Assembly: GCF_988243305.1 (NCBI RefSeq) | Contig: NZ_OZ547136.1 | Length of the DNA stretch: 64,000 nucleotides | Direction: 5' to 3' (one strand) | Shown here: in pieces, positions 20,071 to 31,910 of the stretch | How positions within the stretch are numbered: the first letter of the stretch is position 1 | How the letters are laid out: every line of letters begins with the position of its first letter | Program-made: the position numbers and the translations under genes | Notes under the pieces: generated by a model | The model's input: only the letters and a program-made list of their open reading frames with translations | Told to the model about the DNA's origin: nothing | Databases searched by the model: none

Positions 20071-21294
20071 TCATGAGCGCCATTTAAAATTACCATCCTG
20101 AATATCATATGACAATATATTTTCACTAAAGCATGAATTGTATATGTCTATTAACTCTGGAAAATTATCAGGATTCACCTTCAAATTCACTTGAATGTTA
20201 CGCTTAATTTCACCCAGCAGTTCTTCATGTGTGGATTTTATTATCCCTTTCTCATAATCGATAAATACACACATGTTCTTTATGAATTCAAAACCTTTTC
20301 CTGTATACAGTTTAATGAATGCCACCAGAGCAAACATTTCAAGATATAGCCATAATGCCACGTTAGTTTTTTGCAAAGTATAAAAAATTGAATTCGCCAC
20401 TCTTTTACTTATTGCTCTTTTATACTGTGATCGAGCAAGATTCAGTAGCGGAAGCTCTCGTTCAATAAATGAATGTGAAAAGACTGGATAAATTGATGTA
20501 GGAAACCTTTCAGGTCTTATGATATTTTCTATTTCCACCATAAATCTATCCATAGAAAGAAAGTCACTTTCTTTTTTTATTCTGGTATAGAGACCGCCTT
20601 TATTTCTTTCTGAGGTTTGTTTTCGTGCTATCCCCCCCAACACTTTCTCTAATTGTTTATTTATCTTCGTATAATTAAATACAACCATTCTTCTTATCAT
20701 CCTCGGAAGGATAATAATATCAGTGCTTGAATCACTTGAGCGGCAATTATTATTTATCCATGCAACTTCAAGTTGCAGTATCGGAACATTAACTTTTCTG
20801 GGGTGAATATCTCTCTGATATCGTTTTTTGTATGCGTTTTCATTAAGATATTCTCTGCTGTAGAGAAACTTATAGCAATATAATCTGATAATATCTTTTA
20901 TGTAAAATTTAAATAGTTCACCTGTAACAGATATATGTTTTCTGCTCAGTAACTCCTGTGTATTAAGCCATTCCCGTGACCGAAGCACACCCTTGTGAAA
21001 ACTTTTTCTTACTTGCTTTGAAGCACGCCATTGATGTAATATTTTTGCGTCCTCAATAATTCTCTTTCCCGTTTTATTTTTTGCAGCATCTCTTACTCTA
21101 TAAAATATCTCCCAGTCCAGACTTTTGTCATATCTACTAATTATACGACAAATATTCCTGACCCGACGATTCTCTTTATTTCGCTTCCATAGCTTATAAT
21201 GATCATCGCATAACCTTAAGGCATTTGCCTCATCAAATTCTGAAACAGGATTACTGCATTTTTTATTCCGACAGATACCTTTGTTTTTAGCCAT
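20071..21294 (-). CDS. Hypothetical basic protein, 407 aa, N-terminal Cys/His cluster (CRNKKCSNPV...CDDH), very AT-rich gene
   Basis: Long uninterrupted ORF in AT-rich DNA, divergent from the GTPase gene; no family recognised. Confidence 0.5.
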   Translation of the reverse strand: MAKNKGICRNKKCSNPVSEFDEANALRLCDDHYKLWKRNKENRRVRNICRIISRYDKSLDWEIFYRVRDAAKNKTGKRIIEDAKILHQWRASKQVRKSFHKGVLRSREWLNTQELLSRKHISVTGELFKFYIKDIIRLYCYKFLYSREYLNENAYKKRYQRDIHPRKVNVPILQLEVAWINNNCRSSDSSTDIIILPRMIRRMVVFNYTKINKQLEKVLGGIARKQTSERNKGGLYTRIKKESDFLSMDRFMVEIENIIRPERFPTSIYPVFSHSFIERELPLLNLARSQYKRAISKRVANSIFYTLQKTNVALWLYLEMFALVAFIKLYTGKGFEFIKNMCVFIDYEKGIIKSTHEELLGEIKRNIQVNLKVNPDNFPELIDIYNSCFSENILSYDIQDGNFKWRS

Positions 21295-21394
21295 ACTCTT
21301 CTTCCCGTCAATGGAAAAATTTTCACACCCATATTACCTGAATGATAAACCGGATTAGTGTGATCCGGTTCAGTGAAATCAACAGGATACCGGT

Positions 21395-22279
21395 ATGCCA
21401 TTCAGCAATTCTTCCCTCTCCGCGCAAGTGAAATCATATCTGACGTTTCTTCCTGAAGAAATTCGCCAGAAAATCCTTGAACATCTCCACGGTGTTATTC
21501 ATTACGAGCCCGTGATTGGCATTATGGGTAAATCCGGCACCGGCAAAAGCAGTCTGTGTAATGCCATTTTTCAGTCCCGTATCTGCGCCACGCATCCCCT
21601 GAACGGCTGCACCCGCCAGGCTCATCGCCTCACCCTGCAGATTGGTGAACGCAGAATGACGCTGGTCGATCTGCCCGGCATTGGTGAGACACCGCAGCAT
21701 GATCAGGAATACCGGGAGCTTTACCGTCAGTTACTGCCGGAACTGGATCTGATTATCTGGATCCTGCGGGCTGATGAACGTGCGTATGCTGCCGATATTG
21801 CCATGCATCAGTTTTTACTGAATGAAGGTGCAGATCCCTCGCGTTTTCTGTTTGTTCTCAGCCATGCCGATCGCGTGTTTCCTGCTGAAGAATGGAATGC
21901 CACAGAAAAATGCCCATCCCGTCACCAGGAACTCTCACTGGCAACTGTTACAGCCAGGGTGGCAACCCTGTTCCCGTCATCATTTCCGGTACTCCCCGTT
22001 GCTGCGCCTGTCGGCTGGAATCTTCCGGCGTTTGTGTCGCTGATGATCCACGCCCTGCCACCGCAGGCAACCAGTGCGGTTTATTCACATATCCGGGGGG
22101 AAAACCGCTCTGAACAGGCCCAGAAACACGCACAACAGACTTTTGGTGACGCCATCGGGAAAAGTTTTGACGACGCCGTTGCCCGGTTCACTTTTCCGGT
22201 CTGGATGTTACAGCTTCTGCGTAAAGCCCGGGACCGCATTATCCGCCTGCTAGAAACACTGTGGGATCGTCTGTTCTGA
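21395..22279 (+). CDS. YeeP/YfjP/YkfA-family GTPase (CP4-type island)
   Basis: 294 aa; P-loop GIMGKSGTGKSSL and DLPGIGE motif. Confidence 0.7.
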   Translation: MPFSNSSLSAQVKSYLTFLPEEIRQKILEHLHGVIHYEPVIGIMGKSGTGKSSLCNAIFQSRICATHPLNGCTRQAHRLTLQIGERRMTLVDLPGIGETPQHDQEYRELYRQLLPELDLIIWILRADERAYAADIAMHQFLLNEGADPSRFLFVLSHADRVFPAEEWNATEKCPSRHQELSLATVTARVATLFPSSFPVLPVAAPVGWNLPAFVSLMIHALPPQATSAVYSHIRGENRSEQAQKHAQQTFGDAIGKSFDDAVARFTFPVWMLQLLRKARDRIIRLLETLWDRLF

Positions 22280-22481
22280 CACACTCACGCCGACAGGATG
22301 TGTCGCTGGATTAATGAGTATTCTTCTTTTTATGAAATCATCATTAAAAATCAGATAATTAAAGGAATATTTTTTCTGCTGCATTTTATTCCTGATTATT
22401 CAGATACGACACATCCTTTCAACACCATGAGGCATAATAACATCATGAAATAAAAGATGTTTTCTTACGGAGTGCACATCT

Positions 22482-23162
22482 ATGTCTGATAATCGTTCCC
22501 GGCATGATCGCCTGGCGGTTCGCTTATCACTCATTATCAGCCGACTGATGGCCGGAGAATCTCTGTCACTAAAAACACTGTCAGATGAATTTGGCGTTAC
22601 AGAACGTACTTTACAGCGCGATTTTCATCAGCGTCTGGTTCACCTGGATTTAGAGTACAGAAATGGCAGGTACAGCCTCAGACGACAGAGCAGCCCAGGT
22701 GCGATCCCTGAAATGCTTTCTTTTATACAGAATACCGGGATCGCACGGATACTTCCGCTCCGGAACGGACGACTGATAACCTGTCTTACCGACAACCAGG
22801 AGCCCTCTCCCTGCCTTATCTGGCTACCGGCGCCGAATATCACTGCAACGTTCCCCGAGTGTTTCTCGCAACTCATCCTGGCAATAAGACAGTGTATCCA
22901 CATCTCTCTGATGACTGAGCGATGGTATCCGTCACTGGAGCCCTGCCGGCTCATTTATTACAGCGGTAGCTGGTATCTGATCGCGTTACAGAAGGGAAAA
23001 CTGCAGGTCTTTCCTCTGGCAGATATCAAATCAGTCAGCCTGACATCAGAACGGTTTGAACGGAGAGGCCACATCCACAGTCTGGTCGCTGAAGAGCGTT
23101 TTATCTCCGCCCTGCCACATTTCTCTTTCATCCATAAACTTATCAACACCTTTAACCTGTGA
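22482..23162 (+). CDS. WYL-domain transcriptional regulator (YfjR-like)
   Basis: 226 aa; N-terminal HTH (LKTLSDEFGVTERTLQRDF), C-terminal WYL-like (YYSGSWYLIAL). Confidence 0.6.
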   Translation: MSDNRSRHDRLAVRLSLIISRLMAGESLSLKTLSDEFGVTERTLQRDFHQRLVHLDLEYRNGRYSLRRQSSPGAIPEMLSFIQNTGIARILPLRNGRLITCLTDNQEPSPCLIWLPAPNITATFPECFSQLILAIRQCIHISLMTERWYPSLEPCRLIYYSGSWYLIALQKGKLQVFPLADIKSVSLTSERFERRGHIHSLVAEERFISALPHFSFIHKLINTFNL

Positions 23163-23309
23163 TCGCCGGCCTGCCAAAGCCGTCCCGACAGGTATGGAGA
23201 CAATATGTTGAACAGAAAACTAAATATACGGCTACGTCATTCCCTGAACAGTCACTGCATACCTTCCATCATTATCAATAACACCGTACGTTCATTTCAG
23301 AGGTCAGTC

Positions 23310-23987
23310 ATGAATACCAGAGCTCTTTTTCCCCTGCTGTTCACTGTGGCATCATTCTCCGCCTCCGCCGGCAACTGGGCTGTCAAAAACGGCTGGTGTC
23401 AGACCATGACGGAAGATGGTCAGGCGCTGGTAATGCTGAAAAATGGCACGATTGGTATTACCGGCCTGATGCAGGGATGCCCGAATGGCGTACAGACGCT
23501 CCTGGGCAGCCGTATCAGTATTAACGGTAACCTGATCCCCACATCACAAATGTGTAATCAGCAGACGGGATTCAGGGCTGTTGAGGTGGAAATCGGACAG
23601 GCGCCGGAAATGGTCAAAAAAGCCGTTCACTCCATAGCAGAGCGTGATGTGTCCGTTTTACAGGCATTTGGTGTACGAATGGAATTCACCCGCGGTGATA
23701 TGCTGAAGGTCTGTCCGAAATTTGTCACATCACTTGCCGGTTTTTCCCCGAAACAGACGACCACTATTAATAAAGACTCCGTCCTGCAGGCTGCCCGGCA
23801 GGCATACGCCCGGGAATATGACGAGGAAACAACAGAAACCGCTGATTTTGGCTCTTACGAAGTAAAAGGCAATAAGGTTGAGTTTGAAGTATTCAATCCT
23901 GAAGACCGTGCGTACGACAAAGTGACCGTCACGGTTGGTGCTGACGGTAATGCCACCAGTGCCAGCGTTGAATTTATCGGAAAATAG
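23310..23987 (+). CDS. Secreted hypothetical protein (signal peptide)
   Basis: Start set at [20 protein letters not shown] (signal-peptide-like, ASA cleavage motif); 225 aa. Confidence 0.5.
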   Translation: MNTRALFPLLFTVASFSASAGNWAVKNGWCQTMTEDGQALVMLKNGTIGITGLMQGCPNGVQTLLGSRISINGNLIPTSQMCNQQTGFRAVEVEIGQAPEMVKKAVHSIAERDVSVLQAFGVRMEFTRGDMLKVCPKFVTSLAGFSPKQTTTINKDSVLQAARQAYAREYDEETTETADFGSYEVKGNKVEFEVFNPEDRAYDKVTVTVGADGNATSASVEFIGK

Positions 23988-23992
23988 CCGGT

Positions 23993-24226
23993 ATGTCGGA
24001 CTGTCACCCTGTTTTATTGCCCGAAGGCCCTTTCTCACGCAAACAGGCAATGGCTGCCACAACAGCTTACCGCAATGTGCTTATTGAAGATGACCATGGA
24101 ACGCATTTCCTGCTGGTTATCCGCAATGCCGAAGGGCAGCTACGCTGGCGGTGCTGGAATTTTGAGTCTGACGCCGGAAAACAGCTAAATTCGTACCTCG
24201 CCAGTGAGGGAATTCTCAGGCAATAA
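23993..24226 (+). CDS. Small CP4-type island protein (DUF905-like, YkfF-like)
   Basis: 77 aa; position and size match ykfF-like genes; family from memory. Confidence 0.4.
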   Translation: MSDCHPVLLPEGPFSRKQAMAATTAYRNVLIEDDHGTHFLLVIRNAEGQLRWRCWNFESDAGKQLNSYLASEGILRQ

Positions 24227-24315
24227 ACGTCTTCATTTCATCCATCAGGCCGCGTCTTCTCCGGGAGACGCGGCCTTTTCGTTTATACCGCTAATTCATT
24301 CATAAGGAGCAAAGT

Positions 24316-25134
24316 ATGCAATTAGCCAGTCGTTTTGGTCATGTAAATCAGATCCGTCGGGAGCGCCCACTGACACGCGAAGAACTGATGTACCACGTCC
24401 CGAGTATTTTTGGAGAAGACCGGCACACCTCCCGCAGTGAACGGTATGCGTACATTCCCACCATCACCGTCCTGGAAAATCTGCAGCGGGAAGGCTTTCA
24501 GCCGTTCTTCGCCTGCCAGACCCGTGTGCGCGACCAGAGCCGCCGGGAATATACCAAACATATGCTGCGTCTGCGGCGGGCCGGACAGATAACCGGTCAG
24601 CATGTGCCTGAAATTATTCTGCTCAACTCCCATGACGGTTCATCCAGCTACCAGATGTTACCCGGATATTTTCGTGCCATTTGTACCAATGGCCTGGTCT
24701 GCGGTCAGTCGCTGGGAGAAGTCCGGGTGCCACACCGGGGAAACGTGGTGGACAGGGTCATAGAAGGTGCTTACGAAGTGGTGGGCGTGTTTGACCGGAT
24801 TGAGGAAAAGCGTGATGCCATGCAGTCGCTGGTCCTGCCGCCACCGGCACGCCAGGCGCTGGCACAGGCGGCGCTGACTTACCGTTATGGTGATGAACAT
24901 CAGCCCGTCACCACTACCGACATTCTGACGCCACGACGCCGGGAGGATTACGGTAAGGACCTGTGGAGTACTTATCAGACCATCCAGGAGAATATGCTGA
25001 AAGGCGGAATTTCCGGTCGCAGTGCCAGAGGAAAACGTATCCACACCCGTGCCATTCACAGCATCGACACCGACATTAAGCTCAATCGCGCATTGTGGGT
25101 GATGGCAGAAACGCTACTGGAGAGCCTGCGCTGA
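24316..25134 (+). CDS. DUF932-family protein (YfjQ/YafZ-like)
   Basis: 272 aa; conserved position before klcA in CP4-type modules; family from memory. Confidence 0.5.
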   Translation: MQLASRFGHVNQIRRERPLTREELMYHVPSIFGEDRHTSRSERYAYIPTITVLENLQREGFQPFFACQTRVRDQSRREYTKHMLRLRRAGQITGQHVPEIILLNSHDGSSSYQMLPGYFRAICTNGLVCGQSLGEVRVPHRGNVVDRVIEGAYEVVGVFDRIEEKRDAMQSLVLPPPARQALAQAALTYRYGDEHQPVTTTDILTPRRREDYGKDLWSTYQTIQENMLKGGISGRSARGKRIHTRAIHSIDTDIKLNRALWVMAETLLESLR

Positions 25135-25399
25135 TGCAATCTGTCCCTGAAGGCGTGATTCAGGCACCAGAATCACCCGACGCCCCGGAGAACTCAGTCT
25201 GTGCAGACTGAGTACAGGCAATGGCATCTTCTGGCCATCCGTCTGTGACCGGAACGGTTACGCGTACGGCTGTCCGGAATTTCAGCCGAATATCATTCAT
25301 CCCTGATATTGCCGGGTCTCACGGTCAGTGATGAACGTGATGTTGTCAGCCCCCGGCCTTTATTTCCTCTCATTTATACACATTGTAAGGATTTCACTC

Positions 25400-25879
25400 A
25401 TGAAAATCGTTTCTCAGAACACAACTGCTCTTTCTTCAGCCACAGCACCAGGGAATAACCAGCCCCAACTGGTTGCTACTCCCGTCCCTGATGAACAACG
25501 TATCAGCTTCTGGCCGCAGCATTTTGGCCTCATTCCACAGTGGGTGACCCTGGAGCCCCGTGTCTTCGGCTGGATGGACCGTCTGTGTGAAGACTACTGC
25601 GGTGGTATCTGGAATCTGTACACCCTGAACAACGGCGGGGCATTTATGGCACCCGAACCGGATGACGATGATGACGAAACATGGGTACTGTTCAATGCCA
25701 TGAACGGTAACCGCGCTGAAATGAGTCCGGAAGCTGCCGGCATTGCTGCCTGTCTGATGACGTACAGTCATCATGCCTGTCGTACGGAGTGTTATGCCAT
25801 GACGGTCCATTATTACCGGCTGCGGGATTACGCCCTGCAGCATCCGGAATGCAGCGCCATTATGCGCATCATCGACTGA
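25400..25879 (+). CDS. Antirestriction protein KlcA/ArdB-like (YfjX/YafX family)
   Basis: 159 aa from MKIVSQNTTA...; acidic stretch PEPDDDDDETW; typical klcA position. Confidence 0.65.
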   Translation: MKIVSQNTTALSSATAPGNNQPQLVATPVPDEQRISFWPQHFGLIPQWVTLEPRVFGWMDRLCEDYCGGIWNLYTLNNGGAFMAPEPDDDDDETWVLFNAMNGNRAEMSPEAAGIAACLMTYSHHACRTECYAMTVHYYRLRDYALQHPECSAIMRIID

Positions 25880-25894
25880 ATGGAGAGAAGTACA

Positions 25895-26371
25895 ATGCAA
25901 CAGCTTTCCTTTCTGCCCGGAGAGATGACGCCCGGCGAGCGCAGCCTCATTCAACGGGCCCTGAAAACCCTGGACCGCCATCTTCATGAACCCGGCGTGG
26001 CCTTCACCTCCACCCGTGCGGCACGAGAATGGCTGATTCTGAACATGGCGGGACTGGAGCGTGAAGAGTTCCGGGTGCTGTATCTGAACAACCAGAATCA
26101 GCTGATTGCCGGTGAAACCCTCTTCACCGGCACCATCAACCGCACGGAAGTCCATCCCCGTGAAGTGATTAAACGCGCCCTGTATCACAATGCCGCTGCT
26201 GTGGTGCTGGCACACAATCACCCGTCCGGTGAAGTCACACCCAGCAAGGCAGACCGCCTTATCACGGAACGTCTGGTACAGGCACTGGGCCTGGTGGATA
26301 TCCGGGTGCCGGACCATCTGATAGTCGGTGGCAGCCAGGTTTTCTCCTTTGCCGAACATGGTCTGCTTTAA
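25895..26371 (+). CDS. RadC-like JAB-domain protein (YeeS/YfjY/YkfG family)
   Basis: Start at MQQLSFLPGE with RBS ggagag; JAMM-like motif HNHPSGEVTPSKAD. Confidence 0.7.
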   Translation: MQQLSFLPGEMTPGERSLIQRALKTLDRHLHEPGVAFTSTRAAREWLILNMAGLEREEFRVLYLNNQNQLIAGETLFTGTINRTEVHPREVIKRALYHNAAAVVLAHNHPSGEVTPSKADRLITERLVQALGLVDIRVPDHLIVGGSQVFSFAEHGLL

Positions 26372-26433
26372 CCCGTCACAACCACATCACACCTGTTTTC
26401 ACTTTTATCTTCTGTCTTCAGAGGTATCCCACC

Positions 26434-26655
26434 ATGAAAATCATCACCCGTGGCGAAGCCATACATATTCACCGTCAGCATCCGGCATCCCGTCTTTTTC
26501 CGTTCTGTACCGGCAAATACCGCTGGCACGGCAGTGCTGAAGCGTATACCGGTCGTGAAGTGCAGGATATTCCCGGTGTGCTGGCCGTGTTTGCAGAACG
26601 CCGTAAGGACAGTTTTGGTCCGTATGTCCGGCTGATGAGCGTCACCCTGAACTGA
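26434..26655 (+). CDS. DUF987 protein (YeeT/YkfH-like)
   Basis: 73 aa; conserved position between radC-like and the antitoxin gene. Confidence 0.5.
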   Translation: MKIITRGEAIHIHRQHPASRLFPFCTGKYRWHGSAEAYTGREVQDIPGVLAVFAERRKDSFGPYVRLMSVTLN

Positions 26656-26817
26656 TGTTCCGTCACCCGGAAAACGAGTACGACTGGCTGAGCTCAGACG
26701 CCGCTGTGGATGAGGTCCTGCTCATCAACGAATACACCTTTACCGAAGCCGGTCTGCGCGCCGGCTGACCCGTCATCGTTAAACTATCATTCACCGATTT
26801 TCTGTGAGGATTTTATC

Positions 26818-27186
26818 GTGTCAGACACACTTTCCGGGACAACGCATCCCGATGACAATGACGACCATCCCTGGTGGGGACTACCCTGCACAGTGACGCC
26901 CTGTTTCGGCGCCCGTCTGGTGCAGGAGGGTAACCGGTTGCATTACCTTGCCGACCGTGCCGGTATCAGAGGCCGGTTCAGAGATGCGGATGCGTACCCT
27001 CTGGACCAGGCCTTTCCGCTGCTGATGAAACAACTGGAATTAATGCTCACCAGTGGTGAACTGAATCCCCGCCATCAGCATACCGTGACACTGTATGCGA
27101 AGGGGCTGACCTGTGAAGCCGACACCCTCGGCTCCTGTGGTTACGTTTATCTGGCTGTTTATCCGACACCTGAAACGAAAAAGTAA
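26818..27186 (+). CDS. Type IV antitoxin of the CbeA/YeeU family
   Basis: GTG start with RBS gagga; [13 protein letters not shown]...[31 protein letters not shown]... matches YeeU/CbeA. Confidence 0.7.
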   Translation: MSDTLSGTTHPDDNDDHPWWGLPCTVTPCFGARLVQEGNRLHYLADRAGIRGRFRDADAYPLDQAFPLLMKQLELMLTSGELNPRHQHTVTLYAKGLTCEADTLGSCGYVYLAVYPTPETKK

Positions 27187-27275
27187 ACCACCGGAATAAC
27201 CTTCTGCTCCGGCCTGGTGTTTTCACCACGCCACTGTCCCATTTTTTATCTCTGCATATCAGGAAAATCTTCAGT

Positions 27276-27597
27276 ATGAAAACATTACCCGACACGCATG
27301 TACGGGAGGTATCGTGCTGCCCGTCTCCCGTCACCATCTGGCAGACACTGCTCACCCGGTTACTGGACCAGCATTACAGCCTTACGCTGAATGACACACC
27401 GTTCGCCGATGAACGTGTGATTGAGCAGCATATTGAGGCAGGTATTGCACTGTGTGATGCGGTGAACTTTCTCGTGGAAAAATACGCACTGGTACGAACC
27501 GACCAGCCGGGATTCAGCGCAGGAACTTCGTCGCAGTTAATCAACAGCATTGATATTCTCCGGGCACGCCGGGCAACAGGTCTGATGACCCGCAGCA
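27276..27597 (+). pseudogene. Type IV toxin of the CbtA/YeeV family, 3' end cut by Tn10
   Basis: [46 protein letters not shown]... is CbtA-like; from 27598 the frame reads into the IS10 outside end; the original 3' end resumes after Tn10 at 35053. Confidence 0.7.
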
Positions 27598-28923
27598 CTG
27601 ATGAATCCCCTAATGATTTTTATCAAAATCATTAAGTTAAGGTAGATACACATCTTGTCATATGATCAAATGGTTTCGCCAAAAATCAATAATCAGACAA
27701 CAAGATGTGCGAACTCGATATTTTACACGACTCTCTTTACCAATTCTGCCCCGAATTACACTTAAAACGACTCAACAGCTTAACGTTGGCTTGCCACGCA
27801 TTACTTGACTGTAAAACTCTCACTCTTACCGAACTTGGCCGTAACCTGCCAACCAAAGCGAGAACAAAACATAACATCAAACGAATCGACCGATTGTTAG
27901 GTAATCGTCACCTCCACAAAGAGCGACTCGCTGTATACCGTTGGCATGCTAGCTTTATCTGTTCGGGCAATACGATGCCCATTGTACTTGTTGACTGGTC
28001 TGATATTCGTGAGCAAAAACGACTTATGGTATTGCGAGCTTCAGTCGCACTACACGGTCGTTCTGTTACTCTTTATGAGAAAGCGTTCCCGCTTTCAGAG
28101 CAATGTTCAAAGAAAGCTCATGACCAATTTCTAGCCGACCTTGCGAGCATTCTACCGAGTAACACCACACCGCTCATTGTCAGTGATGCTGGCTTTAAAG
28201 TGCCATGGTATAAATCCGTTGAGAAGCTGGGTTGGTACTGGTTAAGTCGAGTAAGAGGAAAAGTACAATATGCAGACCTAGGAGCGGAAAACTGGAAACC
28301 TATCAGCAACTTACATGATATGTCATCTAGTCACTCAAAGACTTTAGGCTATAAGAGGCTGACTAAAAGCAATCCAATCTCATGCCAAATTCTATTGTAT
28401 AAATCTCGCTCTAAAGGCCGAAAAAATCAGCGCTCGACACGGACTCATTGTCACCACCCGTCACCTAAAATCTACTCAGCGTCGGCAAAGGAGCCATGGG
28501 TTCTAGCAACTAACTTACCTGTTGAAATTCGAACACCCAAACAACTTGTTAATATCTATTCGAAGCGAATGCAGATTGAAGAAACCTTCCGAGACTTGAA
28601 AAGTCCTGCCTACGGACTAGGCCTACGCCATAGCCGAACGAGCAGCTCAGAGCGTTTTGATATCATGCTGCTAATCGCCCTGATGCTTCAACTAACATGT
28701 TGGCTTGCGGGCGTTCATGCTCAGAAACAAGGTTGGGACAAGCACTTCCAGGCTAACACAGTCAGAAATCGAAACGTACTCTCAACAGTTCGCTTAGGCA
28801 TGGAAGTTTTGCGGCATTCTGGCTACACAATAACAAGGGAAGACTTACTCGTGGCTGCAACCCTACTAGCTCAAAATTTATTCACACATGGTTACGCTTT
28901 GGGGAAATTATGAGGGGATCTCC

Positions 28924-28926
<3 letters not shown>
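27598..28926 (+). mobile_element. IS10-left
   Basis: IS10 outside end and 402-aa transposase; the last few bases of the inside end differ from the canonical terminus. Confidence 0.85.
27705..28913 (+). CDS. IS10 transposase (IS4 family)
   Basis: 402 aa MCELDILHDSLYQFCPELHLKRLNSLTLACHALLDC... Confidence 0.9.
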   Translation: MCELDILHDSLYQFCPELHLKRLNSLTLACHALLDCKTLTLTELGRNLPTKARTKHNIKRIDRLLGNRHLHKERLAVYRWHASFICSGNTMPIVLVDWSDIREQKRLMVLRASVALHGRSVTLYEKAFPLSEQCSKKAHDQFLADLASILPSNTTPLIVSDAGFKVPWYKSVEKLGWYWLSRVRGKVQYADLGAENWKPISNLHDMSSSHSKTLGYKRLTKSNPISCQILLYKSRSKGRKNQRSTRTHCHHPSPKIYSASAKEPWVLATNLPVEIRTPKQLVNIYSKRMQIEETFRDLKSPAYGLGLRHSRTSSSERFDIMLLIALMLQLTCWLAGVHAQKQGWDKHFQANTVRNRNVLSTVRLGMEVLRHSGYTITREDLLVAATLLAQNLFTHGYALGKL

Positions 28927-29926
<1,000 letters not shown>

Positions 29927-29941
29927 CTAATTTTTGTTGAC

Positions 29942-29991
29942 ACTCTATCATTGATAGAGTTATTTTACCACTCCCTATCAGTGATAGAGAA
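29942..29991. promoter_or_regulatory. tet operators O1/O2 in the divergent tetR-tetA promoter region
   Basis: Palindromes actctatcattgatagagt and tccctatcagtgatagaga between tetR and tetA. Confidence 0.9.
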
Positions 29992-29998
29992 AAGTGAA

Positions 29999-31204
29999 AT
30001 GAATAGTTCGACAAAGATCGCATTGGTAATTACGTTACTCGATGCCATGGGGATTGGCCTTATCATGCCAGTCTTGCCAACGTTATTACGTGAATTTATT
30101 GCTTCGGAAGATATCGCTAACCACTTTGGCGTATTGCTTGCACTTTATGCGTTAATGCAGGTTATCTTTGCTCCTTGGCTTGGAAAAATGTCTGACCGAT
30201 TTGGTCGGCGCCCAGTGCTGTTGTTGTCATTAATAGGCGCATCGCTGGATTACTTATTGCTGGCTTTTTCAAGTGCGCTTTGGATGCTGTATTTAGGCCG
30301 TTTGCTTTCAGGGATCACAGGAGCTACTGGGGCTGTCGCGGCATCGGTCATTGCCGATACCACCTCAGCTTCTCAACGCGTGAAGTGGTTCGGTTGGTTA
30401 GGGGCAAGTTTTGGGCTTGGTTTAATAGCGGGGCCTATTATTGGTGGTTTTGCAGGAGAGATTTCACCGCATAGTCCCTTTTTTATCGCTGCGTTGCTAA
30501 ATATTGTCGCTTTCCTTGTGGTTATGTTTTGGTTCCGTGAAACCAAAAATACACGTGATAATACAGATACCGAAGTAGGGGTTGAGACGCAATCGAATTC
30601 GGTATACATCACTTTATTTAAAACGATGCCCATTTTGTTGATTATTTATTTTTCAGCGCAATTGATAGGCCAAATTCCCGCAACGGTGTGGGTGCTATTT
30701 ACCGAAAATCGTTTTGGATGGAATAGCATGATGGTTGGCTTTTCATTAGCGGGTCTTGGTCTTTTACACTCAGTATTCCAAGCCTTTGTGGCAGGAAGAA
30801 TAGCCACTAAATGGGGCGAAAAAACGGCAGTACTGCTCGGATTTATTGCAGATAGTAGTGCATTTGCCTTTTTAGCGTTTATATCTGAAGGTTGGTTAGT
30901 TTTCCCTGTTTTAATTTTATTGGCTGGTGGTGGGATCGCTTTACCTGCATTACAGGGAGTGATGTCTATCCAAACAAAGAGTCATCAGCAAGGTGCTTTA
31001 CAGGGATTATTGGTGAGCCTTACCAATGCAACCGGTGTTATTGGCCCATTACTGTTTGCTGTTATTTATAATCATTCACTACCAATTTGGGATGGCTGGA
31101 TTTGGATTATTGGTTTAGCGTTTTACTGTATTATTATCCTGCTATCGATGACCTTCATGTTAACCCCTCAAGCTCAGGGGAGTAAACAGGAGACAAGTGC
31201 TTAG
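29999..31204 (+). CDS. tetA: Tetracycline efflux MFS transporter TetA (class B)
   Basis: 401 aa from MNSSTKIALVITLLDAMGIGLIMPVLPTLLREF... Confidence 0.95.
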   Translation: MNSSTKIALVITLLDAMGIGLIMPVLPTLLREFIASEDIANHFGVLLALYALMQVIFAPWLGKMSDRFGRRPVLLLSLIGASLDYLLLAFSSALWMLYLGRLLSGITGATGAVAASVIADTTSASQRVKWFGWLGASFGLGLIAGPIIGGFAGEISPHSPFFIAALLNIVAFLVVMFWFRETKNTRDNTDTEVGVETQSNSVYITLFKTMPILLIIYFSAQLIGQIPATVWVLFTENRFGWNSMMVGFSLAGLGLLHSVFQAFVAGRIATKWGEKTAVLLGFIADSSAFAFLAFISEGWLVFPVLILLAGGGIALPALQGVMSIQTKSHQQGALQGLLVSLTNATGVIGPLLFAVIYNHSLPIWDGWIWIIGLAFYCIIILLSMTFMLTPQAQGSKQETSA

Positions 31205-31316
31205 TTATTTCGTCACCAAATGATGTTATTCCGCGAAATATAATGACCCTCTTGATAACCCAAGAGGGCATTTTTTACGATAAAGAAGATTTAGCTTCAA
31301 ATAAAACCTATCTATT

Positions 31317-31910
31317 TTATTTATCTTTCAAGCTCAATAAAAAGCCGCGGTAAATAGCAATAAATTGGCCTTTTTTATCGGCAAGCTCTTTTAGGTTTTT
31401 CGCATGTATTGCGATATGCATAAACCAGCCATTGAGTAAGTTTTTAAGCACATCATCATCATAAGCTTTAAGTTGGTTCTCTTGGATCAATTTGCTGACA
31501 ATGGCGTTTACCTTACCAGTAATGTATTCAAGGCTAATTTTTTCAAGTTCATTCCAACCAATGATAGGCATCACTTCTTGGATAGGGATAAGGTTTTTAT
31601 TATTATCAATAATATAATCAAGATAATGTTCAAATATACTTTCTAAGGCAGACCAACCATTTGTTAAATCAGTTTTTGTTGTGATGTAGGCATCAATCAT
31701 AATTAATTGCTGCTTATAACAGGCACTGAGTAATTGTTTTTTATTTTTAAAGTGATGATAAAAGGCACCTTTGGTCACCAACGCTTTTCCCGAGATCTCA
31801 TCTATTGAAACAGCTTGATAGCCTTTTTCAACAAACAATATTCGTGCTGAGTTAACCAGTGATTGATAGGTACTCTTAAAATTTTCTTGTTGATGATTTT
31901 TATTTTCCAT
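31317..31910 (-). CDS. tetC: Tn10 TetC (TetR-like transcriptional regulator)
   Basis: 197 aa from MENKNHQQ; conserved position between tetA and tetD. Confidence 0.8.
   Translation of the reverse strand: MENKNHQQENFKSTYQSLVNSARILFVEKGYQAVSIDEISGKALVTKGAFYHHFKNKKQLLSACYKQQLIMIDAYITTKTDLTNGWSALESIFEHYLDYIIDNNKNLIPIQEVMPIIGWNELEKISLEYITGKVNAIVSKLIQENQLKAYDDDVLKNLLNGWFMHIAIHAKNLKELADKKGQFIAIYRGFLLSLKDK

Noticed and set aside
25436-26359. 307-aa minus-strand ORF
   Set aside because: Antisense across the klcA-like and radC-like genes, which carry recognisable family motifs; no RBS.
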